This document shows, in pieces, positions 1-13,162 of a stretch of DNA of 64,000 nt (position 1 is the first letter of the stretch; every line of letters begins with the position of its first letter). The stretch comes from Dictyostelium discoideum (lineage: Eukaryota), in assembly GCA_000004695.1 (NCBI GenBank), contig CM000153.2, positions 224,001 through 288,000 on the forward strand. Reading direction: 5' to 3'. A program made the position numbers and the translations under genes. The notes under the pieces were generated by a model that had not been told where the DNA came from, did not search any database, and saw only the letters and a list, made by a program, of their open reading frames with translations.

Positions 1-1308
1 TTTTTTTTCTAAAAAGTTTTAAAACTAATACTTTACTAAAGATTGACATTTTTTTTAAAATTGGTTTTTTTTTTTTTTTTGATTATTTAAAATATTTGAA
101 TTATTTTGTAATGAAAAAAATAAAAAATAATTGTTCCAATTTATAGTTTTTTAAATTTCAATTTTAATATATGTAAAGAAAAATATTTAATAAAAAATTT
201 AAAAATTAAATTAGAAAATAATATTATTGTTTGAATTCAAAATTAAATTCCTAGAAATCTTAAATGAATTAATTAAACAAAAAAATATACTGTATTTATA
301 ATAGATTTACTACCAAAATTTAAAATTACCAATGTTTATTGTTGTAAATCCCACGAATTTAGTTCATTAATTATCTAAAATTTAAAAAAAAATAAAAAAA
401 ATGTAAATAATAATTAAACGAATATATTTAAAATTAAATCTAATTTTAAAAAAAGTACCCTCAATGAGCAAAATGCAACATTGTTGGGAATTTAAAAATT
501 TAAATTGTCCCCATTTACTATTAATACCACATGGATGTTATTTTTAAATTATTACTATATATAGAAAAAATATAATTATTTCTTTTAAAAAAAAAAATAA
601 AAATTGAATAAAATAATATTTAATAAAATGAATTAATTATTATTTTTAAGTGTGGGTAAATGTCAAAATATATTTATTTAAACACTACCAATCTTACATT
701 ATTTTATAAAAAAAACAATTGTAAATTTATTTTACCACCTTATTATTTTTTTTTTTATTTAAGATAAAGAATACCCCCAAAAAAAAATATTATCTTTTAA
801 TTTCATTTTTTTTTTTTTTTTGGTATAGCCCCGATATTTTAGGGGTATAATTTTTTGATTTTTTTTTTTTTATAAATGTTCATAAGCCCAATATAGATTT
901 TTGTATTTTAATGCCCTCCCAATTTTTAAATATTTTGGATTTTTATAATGACAATGAGTTACTAAGATAGATTTTTTTTTTTTTTTTTTTTTTTTTTATT
1001 TAATTTCCATAATTTTACAAAAAATTATAGAAACAAATAATTTTTTATGTTTTTTTTCAAAGTGAACTAATAGATTAATTAATAATTGGAGATAATGATT
1101 ATTTTAAAACATTCTTAAAATAATATTATTTAAAACATTCTTAAAAACAAAAAAAAAAAAAAACAAAAAAAATTGTTTAAAGATTTATATTTATTTTTCT
1201 CAATAACCAATATTTACCAATGTGTTTTTTTTTTTTTGCTTTTTTATTTTTTTTATTTTTTTTATTCTTTTTTTTTTTTTAGTTTTGTTTCACATATTAT
1301 GAGTAAAA

Positions 1309-2956
<1,648 letters not shown>

Positions 2957-4373
2957 TTTAAAAAATGATATATATATAGATAGAGATAAAAAAAAATAAA
3001 GTAATAAGTGGGTGGGAGAAAAAAAAAAAAATTAAAAAAAAAAAAAAAAAAATATTGAGCTCACCAGTTTTTTAAAATTAAAATTTTATTTTCATTTTTT
3101 TTTTTTTTTTTTTTATTTTTTTTTTTATTTTTTTAATTCCCATCACTTTTAAACAAAAAAAAAAAAAATCAAAAAAAATCAAAAAAAAAAAATAAATCTA
3201 CATTTATACAACCAAACAAAAAAAAAAAAATAAAATAAAAATAAAAAAATATATATTTATTTATTTATATTTTTTTTTATTTGGTTTGATATATATTTTT
3301 ATTTTTTTATTTTTTTTTTTTCCAAAATTTAATCTCCGAAATGTCCCAATGCAAAAAAAAAAAATTGAACCCGTAATTATTTTCACGTTCACTGCGAAAA
3401 ATTTTTCATTGGCCATATTATTTTTTTTTTTTTAATTTTTTTCATTTATTCACAATTAAAATAAAAAATATAATAAATAAATAAATAAAATAAATAGTAT
3501 GATTGACAAAAAAAAATCAAAAATACCGGGGCTCAAATAAAGGATTTATTTTTTATATGTGGTTTTTTTTTTGAAGTTCCTTTTTTTTTCGAAGTTCATT
3601 TTTTTTATATTTTCTTTATTTCTCTATAAATACAACCAAATTTAATTCTACGATAGGTCTTAACAAATATGTTTTAATATTATTTAAAATTTTTGTTTTA
3701 AATAATGTGTTTTATTAAAAAAAACACATGAAAAGTGAAAAATTTTTCAAAATAACTGAATTTATTCTGGGATAACTCGATCTTTTTTAAAATATGCTGA
3801 GTTAATTATAATTAATTCAATTATCCACTGATAGGTCCATTATGATTAATTAAATTTTTATTTTTATTTTTATTTTTATTTTTATTTTTATTTTTATTTT
3901 TTTTTTTAATTTAATCTTTGGTATAATAGTAATAGTAATAGTAATAGTAATAGTTATAGTAATAGTATTGGTACCACGTAAACATCCAATACTTTTCAAG
4001 GCCCAACTAGTTATAGTAAAAATTCAATTGGGGTTGATTATTAAGCAATAAGAACTATTTATAGATTCATTTGTATCAGTAATCATGAACATACTGACCT
4101 TCAAGAATATCTTAATCAATATATTAGTGTGATAATTGAATATAGCACCTTCTCAAGTATTGGAACTTGATATTCTTTGCAAACATTGTGCATTACCTCT
4201 ATCCTATAGCAAGAAGTTAGTATTGATCATGATGAAAGAACTTCAATTAAATAGAAAAAGTAGAAAGTTTTCGCGGGTAAACATGATGCAACATTACATT
4301 CCTTGATCTCTTCTGTTGGGTAGAATGTCAACTGTCCTATCAAGAATTGCGGTTATCAACTCTTGGCAGAACG

Positions 4374-4497
<124 letters not shown>

Positions 4498-4582
4498 GTT
4501 AAATATCAAAATAATGTTTTTTTTTTTTTGTGTCAATTTTTTTTTATTGAAAGTTAATTTGGTAATTTTATTAATATTTTAT

Positions 4583-7500
4583 TTATTGAAGCAATATTGA
4601 TAATATAATAAAAAGAGTTGCAAGTAATTTGGAGAAAACTGAATGTAAACTAATATCATTGTTTAAAATTTCTGGATTAAATTTTGAATCATAAAAAAAG
4701 GTTTGGGTATATAATGGTTCAAATTCACCAGAGTTTCTTATTTGAATTGTAATTGGATCATCTTGAGAATATTGTGGGGAATATAGATAAAAACGACAAT
4801 AAATTTTTGTATTTGTAACTTGGTCATGAGTGTATTCACATTCGGTAGGAACTGAAAAAAGACCAGTTTCTTCAATTAGAGTAATTGTTTTAAAAGAGCC
4901 AAATATTTTTACACCAAAGAAACCATCACCACTTATTGTAAGACCTAGATCATTGATTGTTGATATTGAAGTGACTATTGGTTTTGTTGGATAATAGAAT
5001 GGGAATGAATTTGTTATTGTCTTTTTAATATTTTCAAAAGTAACAGATGCACTAAAATTACCAGAACCATATGCAAATGGTGCATTTATTTGATATTTAT
5101 AGTTTTGATCAGATTTTGATAAAAGTTGTTTTTTTGCTGAATGAATTGTACCATTGTCAAATTGAAATTGGAAATCGATATAATCAAAACCATTGTAACT
5201 ATCCATCAAGAAATCACCACTAACTATAATAGTATTATTACTGAAAGTTGAAAATTGAGCTGAATATTCATGAACTATTAAATTTGTAGGTAATGGTGGT
5301 TGTATAACTATTGTTTTTGAATCTTTAGTAAATGTAAAAATATTGTACTTATTAAAAATTGTTTTTGTATTAAATTGTTTTACAATTGTACCAATTTGAG
5401 AGAATTGAGAATCTTGATTACTTTGTGGATTGTCTATATTGATATATCCACCTAAACAATTACTACATGTAAATAATAATTGGTCTTGCTCGCTTGTAAT
5501 AGTTATATCTGGTACCTTAGTAAACGAATTTTCATCACTATAAACATATACATGTGAAGCCTGATTCATAATTAAACTTAATCTTGAAATATCGAAATAG
5601 GTTACTTGATCATAAGAAACAGCATTTTTAATATCATCAAGATAAAAATTATAATTTGACAATTTTGATAAAAAGAGACCCTCCATTGTTATTATATCAT
5701 TTTCAATTGAATAACTATAAATAATTGGACGGACTAATTAAGAAAATAATATTTTTTGAAAGTGTTAAAATTAAATGTTTTGTATGATTAATATAGTAAA
5801 AAGTAATAGTATTTACTTACAGTTTAATCCATTTGTTAAAGTTTCATTATGATAATCATCATTAAATGAAAACACATTTGTAGAATATGTATTTAAATTG
5901 AATGAAATGATATTTGGTTCAATTAAAGTATAGTCTAAATCTTTTCCATTTTTATCATTATATTTAATACTTGTTATTGGAAATAAAGAAAATGGGAATG
6001 AAAGATGTAATTGTACTTTTTCTTGATTTTGAGTGAATGATGATATCCATTTTAATGGTGGTTGATAATTAAATGCATTGGAATGAACCATTTTATCTTT
6101 AATATAAATTGAAAAATTACCATTACCATTACCACTTGGAATATTGAATTTACCTTCTGATAATAAATTATTATTCAAAGTATTATAATCCAAGTTATAA
6201 ATTGTGCCATTTGAAAATTCTAATTTTCCTATAATATATGCTTGATTATCATAAACTTTTGGAATGAAAAGGCCACTTATTGATACTATTGAACTACCAT
6301 TAAATTGAAATATTTCATTGTCACTAATTTTACGAAAATCAGTTGGTAATTGTAAGGCACCAGATCTTTTAAATGGATAAATTGGAGCCTCGAAATATAT
6401 TCCACCATTATCATTCAAAGTGATATCATATATGTCTACTTTAACTGCTTCTCCTCTATTTTTTGTATAATTTTTTGATAAACCCATTAAATTTGCACCA
6501 TCACAATTTATACAATCAATGTATAAATAATAATTAATAAATGAACGTAATTCCATTTGTTGTTGTGGTTTTAAAATTGGATAGCTTTCAGATTTATTTT
6601 CAAAGAGAGAAATAAAAAAGTTATTATCAACAAAGCCTGTAGAGTTTATTACCAATGTAGTTGAATTGAATGATATTATATTTGACGGGTCTATTGTATG
6701 TCCACCTTGGAAATTAAATGTATATTTTAATTGTAAATTTTTTAAAAATAAACCATTTACTGTAATTATATCACCATTATTTTCACAACTATTGATTATT
6801 GGCTCTAAAAAAAGGTTTATTATAGAATTTTAGAATTTTTATTTTAATTAAAAGTAGTAGTAGTAGTATATATAAATAATAAAAATATAAATTATACATA
6901 CTTATTGGTAAAACTTGAAAATCATTATTATCATTATTCACTGAAATTAAATTTGAAGAATTTTCATCCAATGAAAAACGTAAAATATTTGGTTGAATTA
7001 ATGAATATTTAATTGGTGTTATTTTGATATTTTTATATGGACATACATATTTTGTTTTAATATAAACATCTACATTACAATCATCAGAATATTTGGTTGA
7101 TGGTGGAGTAAAATTAAATTCTTGATTTTCATCACATTGGAAATAATAATTTCTTGTGGTACCACTCCTGTAATCTTCATTATTACCATTATAACAAACG
7201 CCGGAGGTAGGATTCTTATATGTTAATTTTAGTGCAAAATTATCAAAACCAAACCTACCAAGTTCAAAAGTTTCTGTATTTAAATTTCCAGTTATCCTAA
7301 TATGATCCGCGATGTTCCCATACAAAATTGCAACAACAGATTGACTCTTAAAACTGGGCATTTCGGAACAAATAGAGAAAAAGTGATAATACTATTATTT
7401 AAAAATAAAAGTTAATATAATATAATATTTATTATTTTTAATCAAGTTTGGTTATACTTACACTTGAACCCACTTTATGTTCAAAACGATATACAACATC

Positions 7501-7752
7501 TTTTAATCTTGTTAAATTCAAAGAATAAAAATTTGAATTAAAAATACACGAGTTCAAAACAGATGTACCATTTAGTTCATGATATAAATAATCTAAGCTT
7601 GTAATATTAAGTACATATAATGGTTTTGCTAATTTAATTTCTAAATCATTACCAGTTTGAGTAATTGAACTAAAGATTGATTCACTACTTTTTAAAGCTG
7701 TAATAAAAAATAATAACAAAATTGTTGATAATATTAAATTTGAAAAAATCAT
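4583..7752 (-). CDS. secreted N-glycosylated cell-surface protein with an IPT/TIG-like segment and a C-terminal hydrophobic (GPI-like) tail; at least 4 exons (ORF blocks ~7461-7752, ~6789-7390, 5813-6655, 4583-5686)
   Basis: The N-terminal block opens with a signal peptide (MIFSNLILSTILLLFFITALKSS). The four consecutive minus-strand ORF blocks are separated by short AT-rich gaps with GTAAGT donors (e.g. VGSS|gtaagtataacc and gtaagtaaat at ~5821). The protein has many NxS/T sites, an IPT-like stretch (ISGDGFFGVKIFGSFKTITLIEETGLFSVPTECEY...IYC) and ends in LLATLFIILSILLQ. Confidence 0.5.
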
Positions 7753-7844
7753 TTATTATATATAATAGTATATTATAATAATATATTATCACCTTAATCT
7801 GAAAAAAAACAAGAAAAAAATAAAAAAATAAAAAATAAAACAAT

Positions 7845-8195
7845 TTATTTATTTACCATATCACTGTAAACACTGCACACAATTGAATTTTTTCTAGCTT
7901 TGTTACCTCTGGTGCATTTGATGTTTTTGCATTTTCCTTTGTATACAAAAAAGTCCAAATATAATTCGTTTTCTATTACAGTTTTTACACAATGTTGGTG
8001 AAATTGTTTTGATTTTAATTCTAATGCTTCTAACATCATATTTGGATTTTTAACGATTAAAGCATCACCACTATTTACATATAGTACTTTGGCTGCTTTT
8101 TCGAGGAATTTAGTCAAATTTTCCTCTGAATCTAACTATTCTTCATTGCCATATTCAATGGCTAAATTTCTTAAGAGTTTTATCGAATCTATTAA
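7845..8195 (-). CDS. small hypothetical protein (~90-115 aa); an ATG-initiated 5' extension is interrupted by an in-frame TAG
   Basis: The track ORF 7845-8117 uses a TTG start. The same frame upstream reads ATG-MIEELIDSIKLLRNLAIEYGNEE-TAG-LDSEENLTKFLEKAAKVLYVNSGDALIV.... No usable intron donor lies around the TAG. The first in-frame ATG downstream gives only ~64 aa. Confidence 0.3.
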
Positions 8196-8443
8196 TTCTT
8201 CGATCATTCTTTTTTTTTGAAATTTTTTTTTATTTTGTTTTTTCAATTTTTTTTTTTTATTTTGTTTTTTCAATTTTTTTTAAGTTTTATTTTTTTTTAT
8301 TTTTTTTTATTTTTTTTAACAAATGTAATTTTTTTTTATTTTTTTCAATTTTTTTTTTTTTTTAATTTTTAATTTTTTTTTTTTTTTTTAATTTTTTGTG
8401 TTGATTTGTGTTTTTTTTGTTTTTTTGATTTGGCCACTTGTTT

Positions 8444-10752
8444 TTATTTTCTAATTTCCCCATACCCCCTTCTATTAATTGCAACCAAATCAAGTTCTAA
8501 TTTTTGTGTCCTTGTTAACTTTGTTTTTGCAACTTTTTTTGAAGGTATCACATTAACGATTTTTCCTATTGATGGTGATTTGGAAGGTGATTTAAATGGT
8601 GATTTAAAAGGTGAATTGGAAGGTGATTTAAATGGTGAATTGGAAGGTGAAATGGATGGTGATTTGGAAGGTGATTTAAATGGTGATTTGGAAGGTGATT
8701 TAAATGGTGATTTAAATGGTGAATTGGAAGGTGAAATGGATGGTGATTTGAGAGGTGATTTGGATGGTTTAGAATGTGATTTTAAAGGAGGTTTATTAAC
8801 AATTGGTATCTTATGAGGACGGCCTCTGAGACGTTTAACAGTTGTTACTATACCACTACCAGATTGTGGTATAGTATACGATGGTATTATTTGCACTTGA
8901 GGTATTGGTGGTACTATTTCTTTTAAATTCATATCCTTTCTCAAACAATTCATTAAATTTGGCGCTGTTGGATTATTATTTAAAAATGGGAGTATTTCTT
9001 CTTGTTCCATTTCATTATTGAGTTTGTGTTGAAATGGATTATCGTTAATGATAGGTGGAATATTTGATGGATTGTTAAGAGCATCTTCCAAAACCCTAAA
9101 TGGATCATTTTGTGTTACCAATTGATGCAAGTTGAAATTGGATAAATCCTTACCAAGATTTTTAATAAACTGAACCAGAAATTCAATAACTTTCCCATCA
9201 TTATTTAAATAAAGACCAGAAGTAAAAGAATCAATATCTTTTTGTATGTTTGGCGATGTTCTAAAAATATCAACTGTTGATTGTTTATAAAGAACCAACT
9301 TGTTACCTCCTACAAAACCAGAGTATAAACCTTTTTTTTGAAGGCTATTGATTCCATCTTCCAAAAATTCAAGTTTATAAAGTTGTTTAGTGTCTTCCTG
9401 TATTACCTTATGAATTTTACACAAAATCAATATTTTCTATTAGAATTAAATATAAAATTTGTTAATTATTACTGTTTCATATATTATTAATCTTTATGTT
9501 TTAATTACTTACATTATTTTTTTTAATTTCTAGAAAGAGTACAGTATCACCAACTTTCAATCCCTTTGGTGGTTTTGAATTCCATTGATTTTGGTAACTT
9601 GTGAGATTTTCAAGAATAATAGCTGTTCTTTCTTCTTTTGAAACATCTGAAACACCAATTGATTGAGAGTCTTGTTCTGATTGAACATTAATAAACAAAG
9701 GAACAATACCAACAGCTTGAGATGGTGTCATTTTAATTGTTCTTGTTTTTGTATTATTGTAATCATACAAAGCTTGTTTTAATAGTTCAGAAAGAGACCT
9801 AGAAGTACCATCAAGAAAACTAAAATTTATTTATAAATGATTAATTAATAAACATATCGATAATTTATATTGTTCACAATATCATACTCTTGTTGTTTTA
9901 ATTTTGAGATCCTCTCCTTGATAGTTCGATTCAATCTTTCTACCATACCTTGAGTTGTTGGTGTACGAGGAGCTCCATGTGCTGACTTGGAGCCTGGAAA
10001 AAGTTTTAGGAATTCTTTTTGGACTTTGTTTTTAAATTCACGTCCATTATCGCAGTGCCATACTTTCACAGGTTTGCCAAAGTACGTGAGAGCCAAAAAA
10101 TTGTATATGGGAACTGTTCTCTTTGTTGTCAAACATCTAAAAAATAAATGATAATTAAAATAAAAAAAGAAAACTAATAAATTAATAAATAAAAAATAAA
10201 TACCTTCCAGTAGCAAATTTTGTAAAAGAATCTATGCATAGAATAATGTAAACAACATCGGTGTCGTACGGTTGTACAGAGTCATATTGGATAAGATCAT
10301 CTAGTTTAGTTAGTATCTTTTCATTATCATCATCGTATGTAACTTTTTCTTTATGTTCACCTTTAATTGATGTTAAATCATAAACCAATCTTGAGTATTC
10401 CTCGGTATCTACAATTGGAGCAAAATCCTTTGTTATACCTATTAATTTATTTAAATTATTAAAAGAGTTTTAATATAAAAGTTACAAAACATCATATAAA
10501 AATGATTGATACCAAACCTTTTATTCTATTTCGTTGGCAAATGTCACACGTATCTACTGCATCAGATACAAAAGAATACAATCCCATATTATAATATTTA
10601 GTCTTGTAGTTCCCATAGGTTGCATCTCTTCCTATATGACCTTTATGCATTTCTTCCCAGAGTGATACCATTCTATAATCATTAATTACTTCTAAACACA
10701 CTTCTTTTGATATATTTCTATCTCCGCCACAATTCATGACTTTTTTTTTCAA
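8444..10752 (-). CDS. integrase-derived gene of the chromovirus (Ty3/gypsy, Skipper-like) type: HHCC zinc finger, DDE catalytic core, C-terminal GDxV/SH3-like region, chromo-like segment, AT-hook (RGRP) and SPxK repeat tail; at least 5 exons
   Basis: HIGRDATYGNYKTKYY...CDICQRNR is the HHCC finger. DTDVVYIILCIDSFTKFATG plus WHCDNGREF plus AHGAPRTPTTQGMVERLNRTIKE is the DDE core. ALYDYNNTKTRTIKMTPSQAVGIVPLF and LKVGDTVLFLEIKKNN form the integrase C-terminus. EFLVQFIKNLGKDLSNFNLHQ is chromo-like. RLRGRPHKIP is followed by an (SPxKSP)n tail. Three in-frame introns were verified by hand (gtttgg...taatag at ~10400-10490, gtattt...tttttag at ~10140-10205, and gtatga...ttttag at ~9790-9860), plus a GTAAGT donor at ~9519. 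Confidence 0.6.
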
Positions 10753-10957
10753 TTCTAAATAATTTTTCTTTTCTGTTTCTGTTTTTTATTGGTCAGAATT
10801 TAAAAAATGATTGTGTTATTGTAAGGAAAAATATTTACTCATCATGTAAAAATTTATAATTTTTATGTTTAGTATTTTCAAAATTATTATCTTCAATAAA
10901 TTTTAAATAATTTATAATTTCATTTATTTTATCTTGTTTCATTTTGGGAAAATGAAA

Positions 10958-10992
<35 letters not shown>

Positions 10993-11184
10993 TGTTGGGG
11001 AAAAAAAAAAAAAGTTTTGGCGCAAAAAAAAAAAAAAAAATAAAATAAAAAAAAAAAAAAATAAAATAAAAAAAAAAAAAAATAAAAAAACTTATATAGA
11101 ACTAATAATCAAATAAAAGATAATAATTTAATAAACTTTATTGTTTTTTTGAAAAAAAAAAAATTTAAGGTCAGTGATTTTTTT

Positions 11185-11246
11185 TTTTCACTACGCTACT
11201 GTAGTGAAATTAAATAATAAAATTCACTACGCTACTGTAGTGAAAT
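11185..11246. repeat. tandem pair of identical 22-nt hairpins (ttcactacgctactgtagtgaa: 8-bp stem, 6-nt loop)
   Basis: The exact sequence occurs twice, 35 bp apart, and is GC-richer than the surrounding poly(A/T). Confidence 0.8.
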
Positions 11247-11339
11247 TTTATGGAAAATTCCCTACAACATTTATAAAAAAAAAATTTGAATTAAAAAAAA
11301 AAAAAAAAATTAAAGTTTAGTTTTAAAAGGAATGGGGGG

Positions 11340-11650
11340 AAAAAATAGAATTCAAAAAAAAAAAAAAAAATCTTAGTATTTAAAGAAAAAACTTTTTCTT
11401 GGTTGTGCAAAAAAAAAAAAAAAAAAAAAAAAAAGGTTTCAACAATTTAAATTATTTTAAAAAAATCTTTTTTATTATAAAAAAATTTTTTTTCTGAGCT
11501 GTGCAAAAAAAAAATCTTTTTAGTGAACTTTTGACGAGAAAAAAAAAAAAAATCTTGGTTTTTAAAGAAAAAAACTTTTTATGGGTAGAGCGAAAAAAAA
11601 AAAAAAGGTTTTAAATTTAAATTATTTTAAAAATAATTTTTTTTTTTTTT
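11340..11650. repeat. promoter-proximal direct repeats (two ~100-bp units plus a partial third) just upstream of the 11690 gene
   Basis: aatcttagtatttaaagaaaaaactttttcttggttgtgcaaaaaa...ggtttcaacaatttaaattattttaaaaa recurs as aatcttggtttttaaagaaaaaaactttttatgggtagagcgaaaaaa...ggttttaaatttaaattattttaaaaa. Confidence 0.8.
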
Positions 11651-11689
11651 TTTTAACAATTTTGTTTTTTTCAAACAATCATCATAACC

Positions 11690-12349
11690 ATGAAATTTAT
11701 TTTATTATTTTTATTTTTATTTAATATATTTTTAATTGTATCATCACGTCAAGACGTATTTAAATTAAAAGCAAAGGGTTGCGATAGTAATACATTAAAT
11801 TTGAATGAATGTGGATCATTTTGTAATAAATATGCAAAAATCCAGAACGATGGAAACAATAAAAAAATCACATTCTATACAGATCTGTATTGCCGAACCA
11901 TTGGTAACTATCTTAACACAGACACTCCTTTTATTATTCCATTTAATTGCAATAATGAAATTAATCGTCTTGCATATGATGGGGAAGTTTCTTGTTCAAC
12001 ATTAAATCCAAAATTTAATTCTTTCAAATTTGTTAAAGGTTCTTGTGTCGATGATAAAAATGTTACAATTGGTTTATGTTCATCAGTATGTGGTACAAAT
12101 ATTAAAATCAATTATGATCCTTTCCAAAATTACTCTATTTCAACCTACACTTCTAAAGATTGTACTGGAATTGGAAGTACTGAGTCCTATGGTTCAATTG
12201 ATTGTAAGAATGATTTACTTTCAAAAGCTAAAAACAATCAATATTTATCTTGCTCCGAATCATTACCAGATTCTTCAACATCATCAAAATTAATTTCAGG
12301 CTATAATATTATATTATTGGCATTTTTATTAATAAGTATATTATTTTAA
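11690..12349 (+). CDS. small cysteine-rich secreted protein with a C-terminal hydrophobic GPI-type signal (219 aa, single exon)
   Basis: ATG start, signal peptide MKFILLFLFLFNIFLIVSS, about 18 Cys residues, and a terminal ...SSKLISGYNIILLAFLLISILF. A ponticulin-like family assignment is possible but was not verified. Confidence 0.6.
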   Translation: MKFILLFLFLFNIFLIVSSRQDVFKLKAKGCDSNTLNLNECGSFCNKYAKIQNDGNNKKITFYTDLYCRTIGNYLNTDTPFIIPFNCNNEINRLAYDGEVSCSTLNPKFNSFKFVKGSCVDDKNVTIGLCSSVCGTNIKINYDPFQNYSISTYTSKDCTGIGSTESYGSIDCKNDLLSKAKNNQYLSCSESLPDSSTSSKLISGYNIILLAFLLISILF

Positions 12350-12740
12350 AATAAAATAAAATAAATAAAATAAAATAAAATAAAATAAAATAAAATAAAA
12401 TAAAATAAAATAAAATAAAATAAAATAAAATAAATAAAAAAATATAAATTAAGAAAAAACATATTAAAGTCCATTAGTAATCCAATATTATAATATATTT
12501 AATCAAAAAAAAAATGTTTAGGAAAAAAAAAAAAAAGTTAATAGATTTTCAAATAAAATAATTCTCTGATGTTGTTATTGTTTAAATATCTTAAATTATT
12601 CACATTTATTAATTAAATCTTAAATAAAAATTAAAAAAATTGAAAAAAAACATAATATCAATTTATTTAATAGAAACAGTTCAAACATATTGTGATTTTT
12701 TTTTAAGATTTAATTAATAAATGCTAAATTTAACAGCAAA

Positions 12741-12778
<38 letters not shown>

Positions 12779-13162
12779 CACAAACAAAAAAAAAAATTAA
12801 TTATTTTTTTTTTTTTATTCATTTTTTTTTTTTTTTAAATAACAATATAGTTTTTATATGAATTATTTAAATAATAGTCAAAAATATAAAGAGTGATATA
12901 AAATATAAAAAAAATAAATGTAACTGTTGTGGGGAAATTTTAGATATTTTTTTTTTTTTTTTTTTTTGGATCATTCTTCAAATAATTATCCATTTTTATC
13001 TTTATTATTCTCGCTCAATCATTCTTATTCCAAAATATTAATTAAATCTCAAATGAATTTTAAAATAAAAAATAAAAAATAAAAAAGATTAATTATAAAT
13101 AAGTGATTAAAACAAATTTTTTTTTTTTATTTGACTGTAAAGAAAAAAATGAGGAGAGAATT

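Noticed and set aside
8406-8816. Plus-strand ORF encoding (GDLEGDLNG)n repeats
   Set aside because: It is the antisense reading of the (SPxKSP)n repeat in the integrase-derived minus-strand gene. Repeat periodicity keeps the opposite strand open. There is no independent start or promoter evidence.
10934-11116. Poly-Lys ORFs (also 40417-40626, 44496-44882, 49934-50245, 16349-16564)
   Set aside because: These are translations of poly(A) intergenic tracts (AAA = Lys); they are low-complexity artefacts.
11690-12349. Calling the Cys-rich GPI protein 'ponticulin'
   Set aside because: Its size (219 aa) and Cys spacing are not clearly ponticulin-like. It is kept as a generic description.
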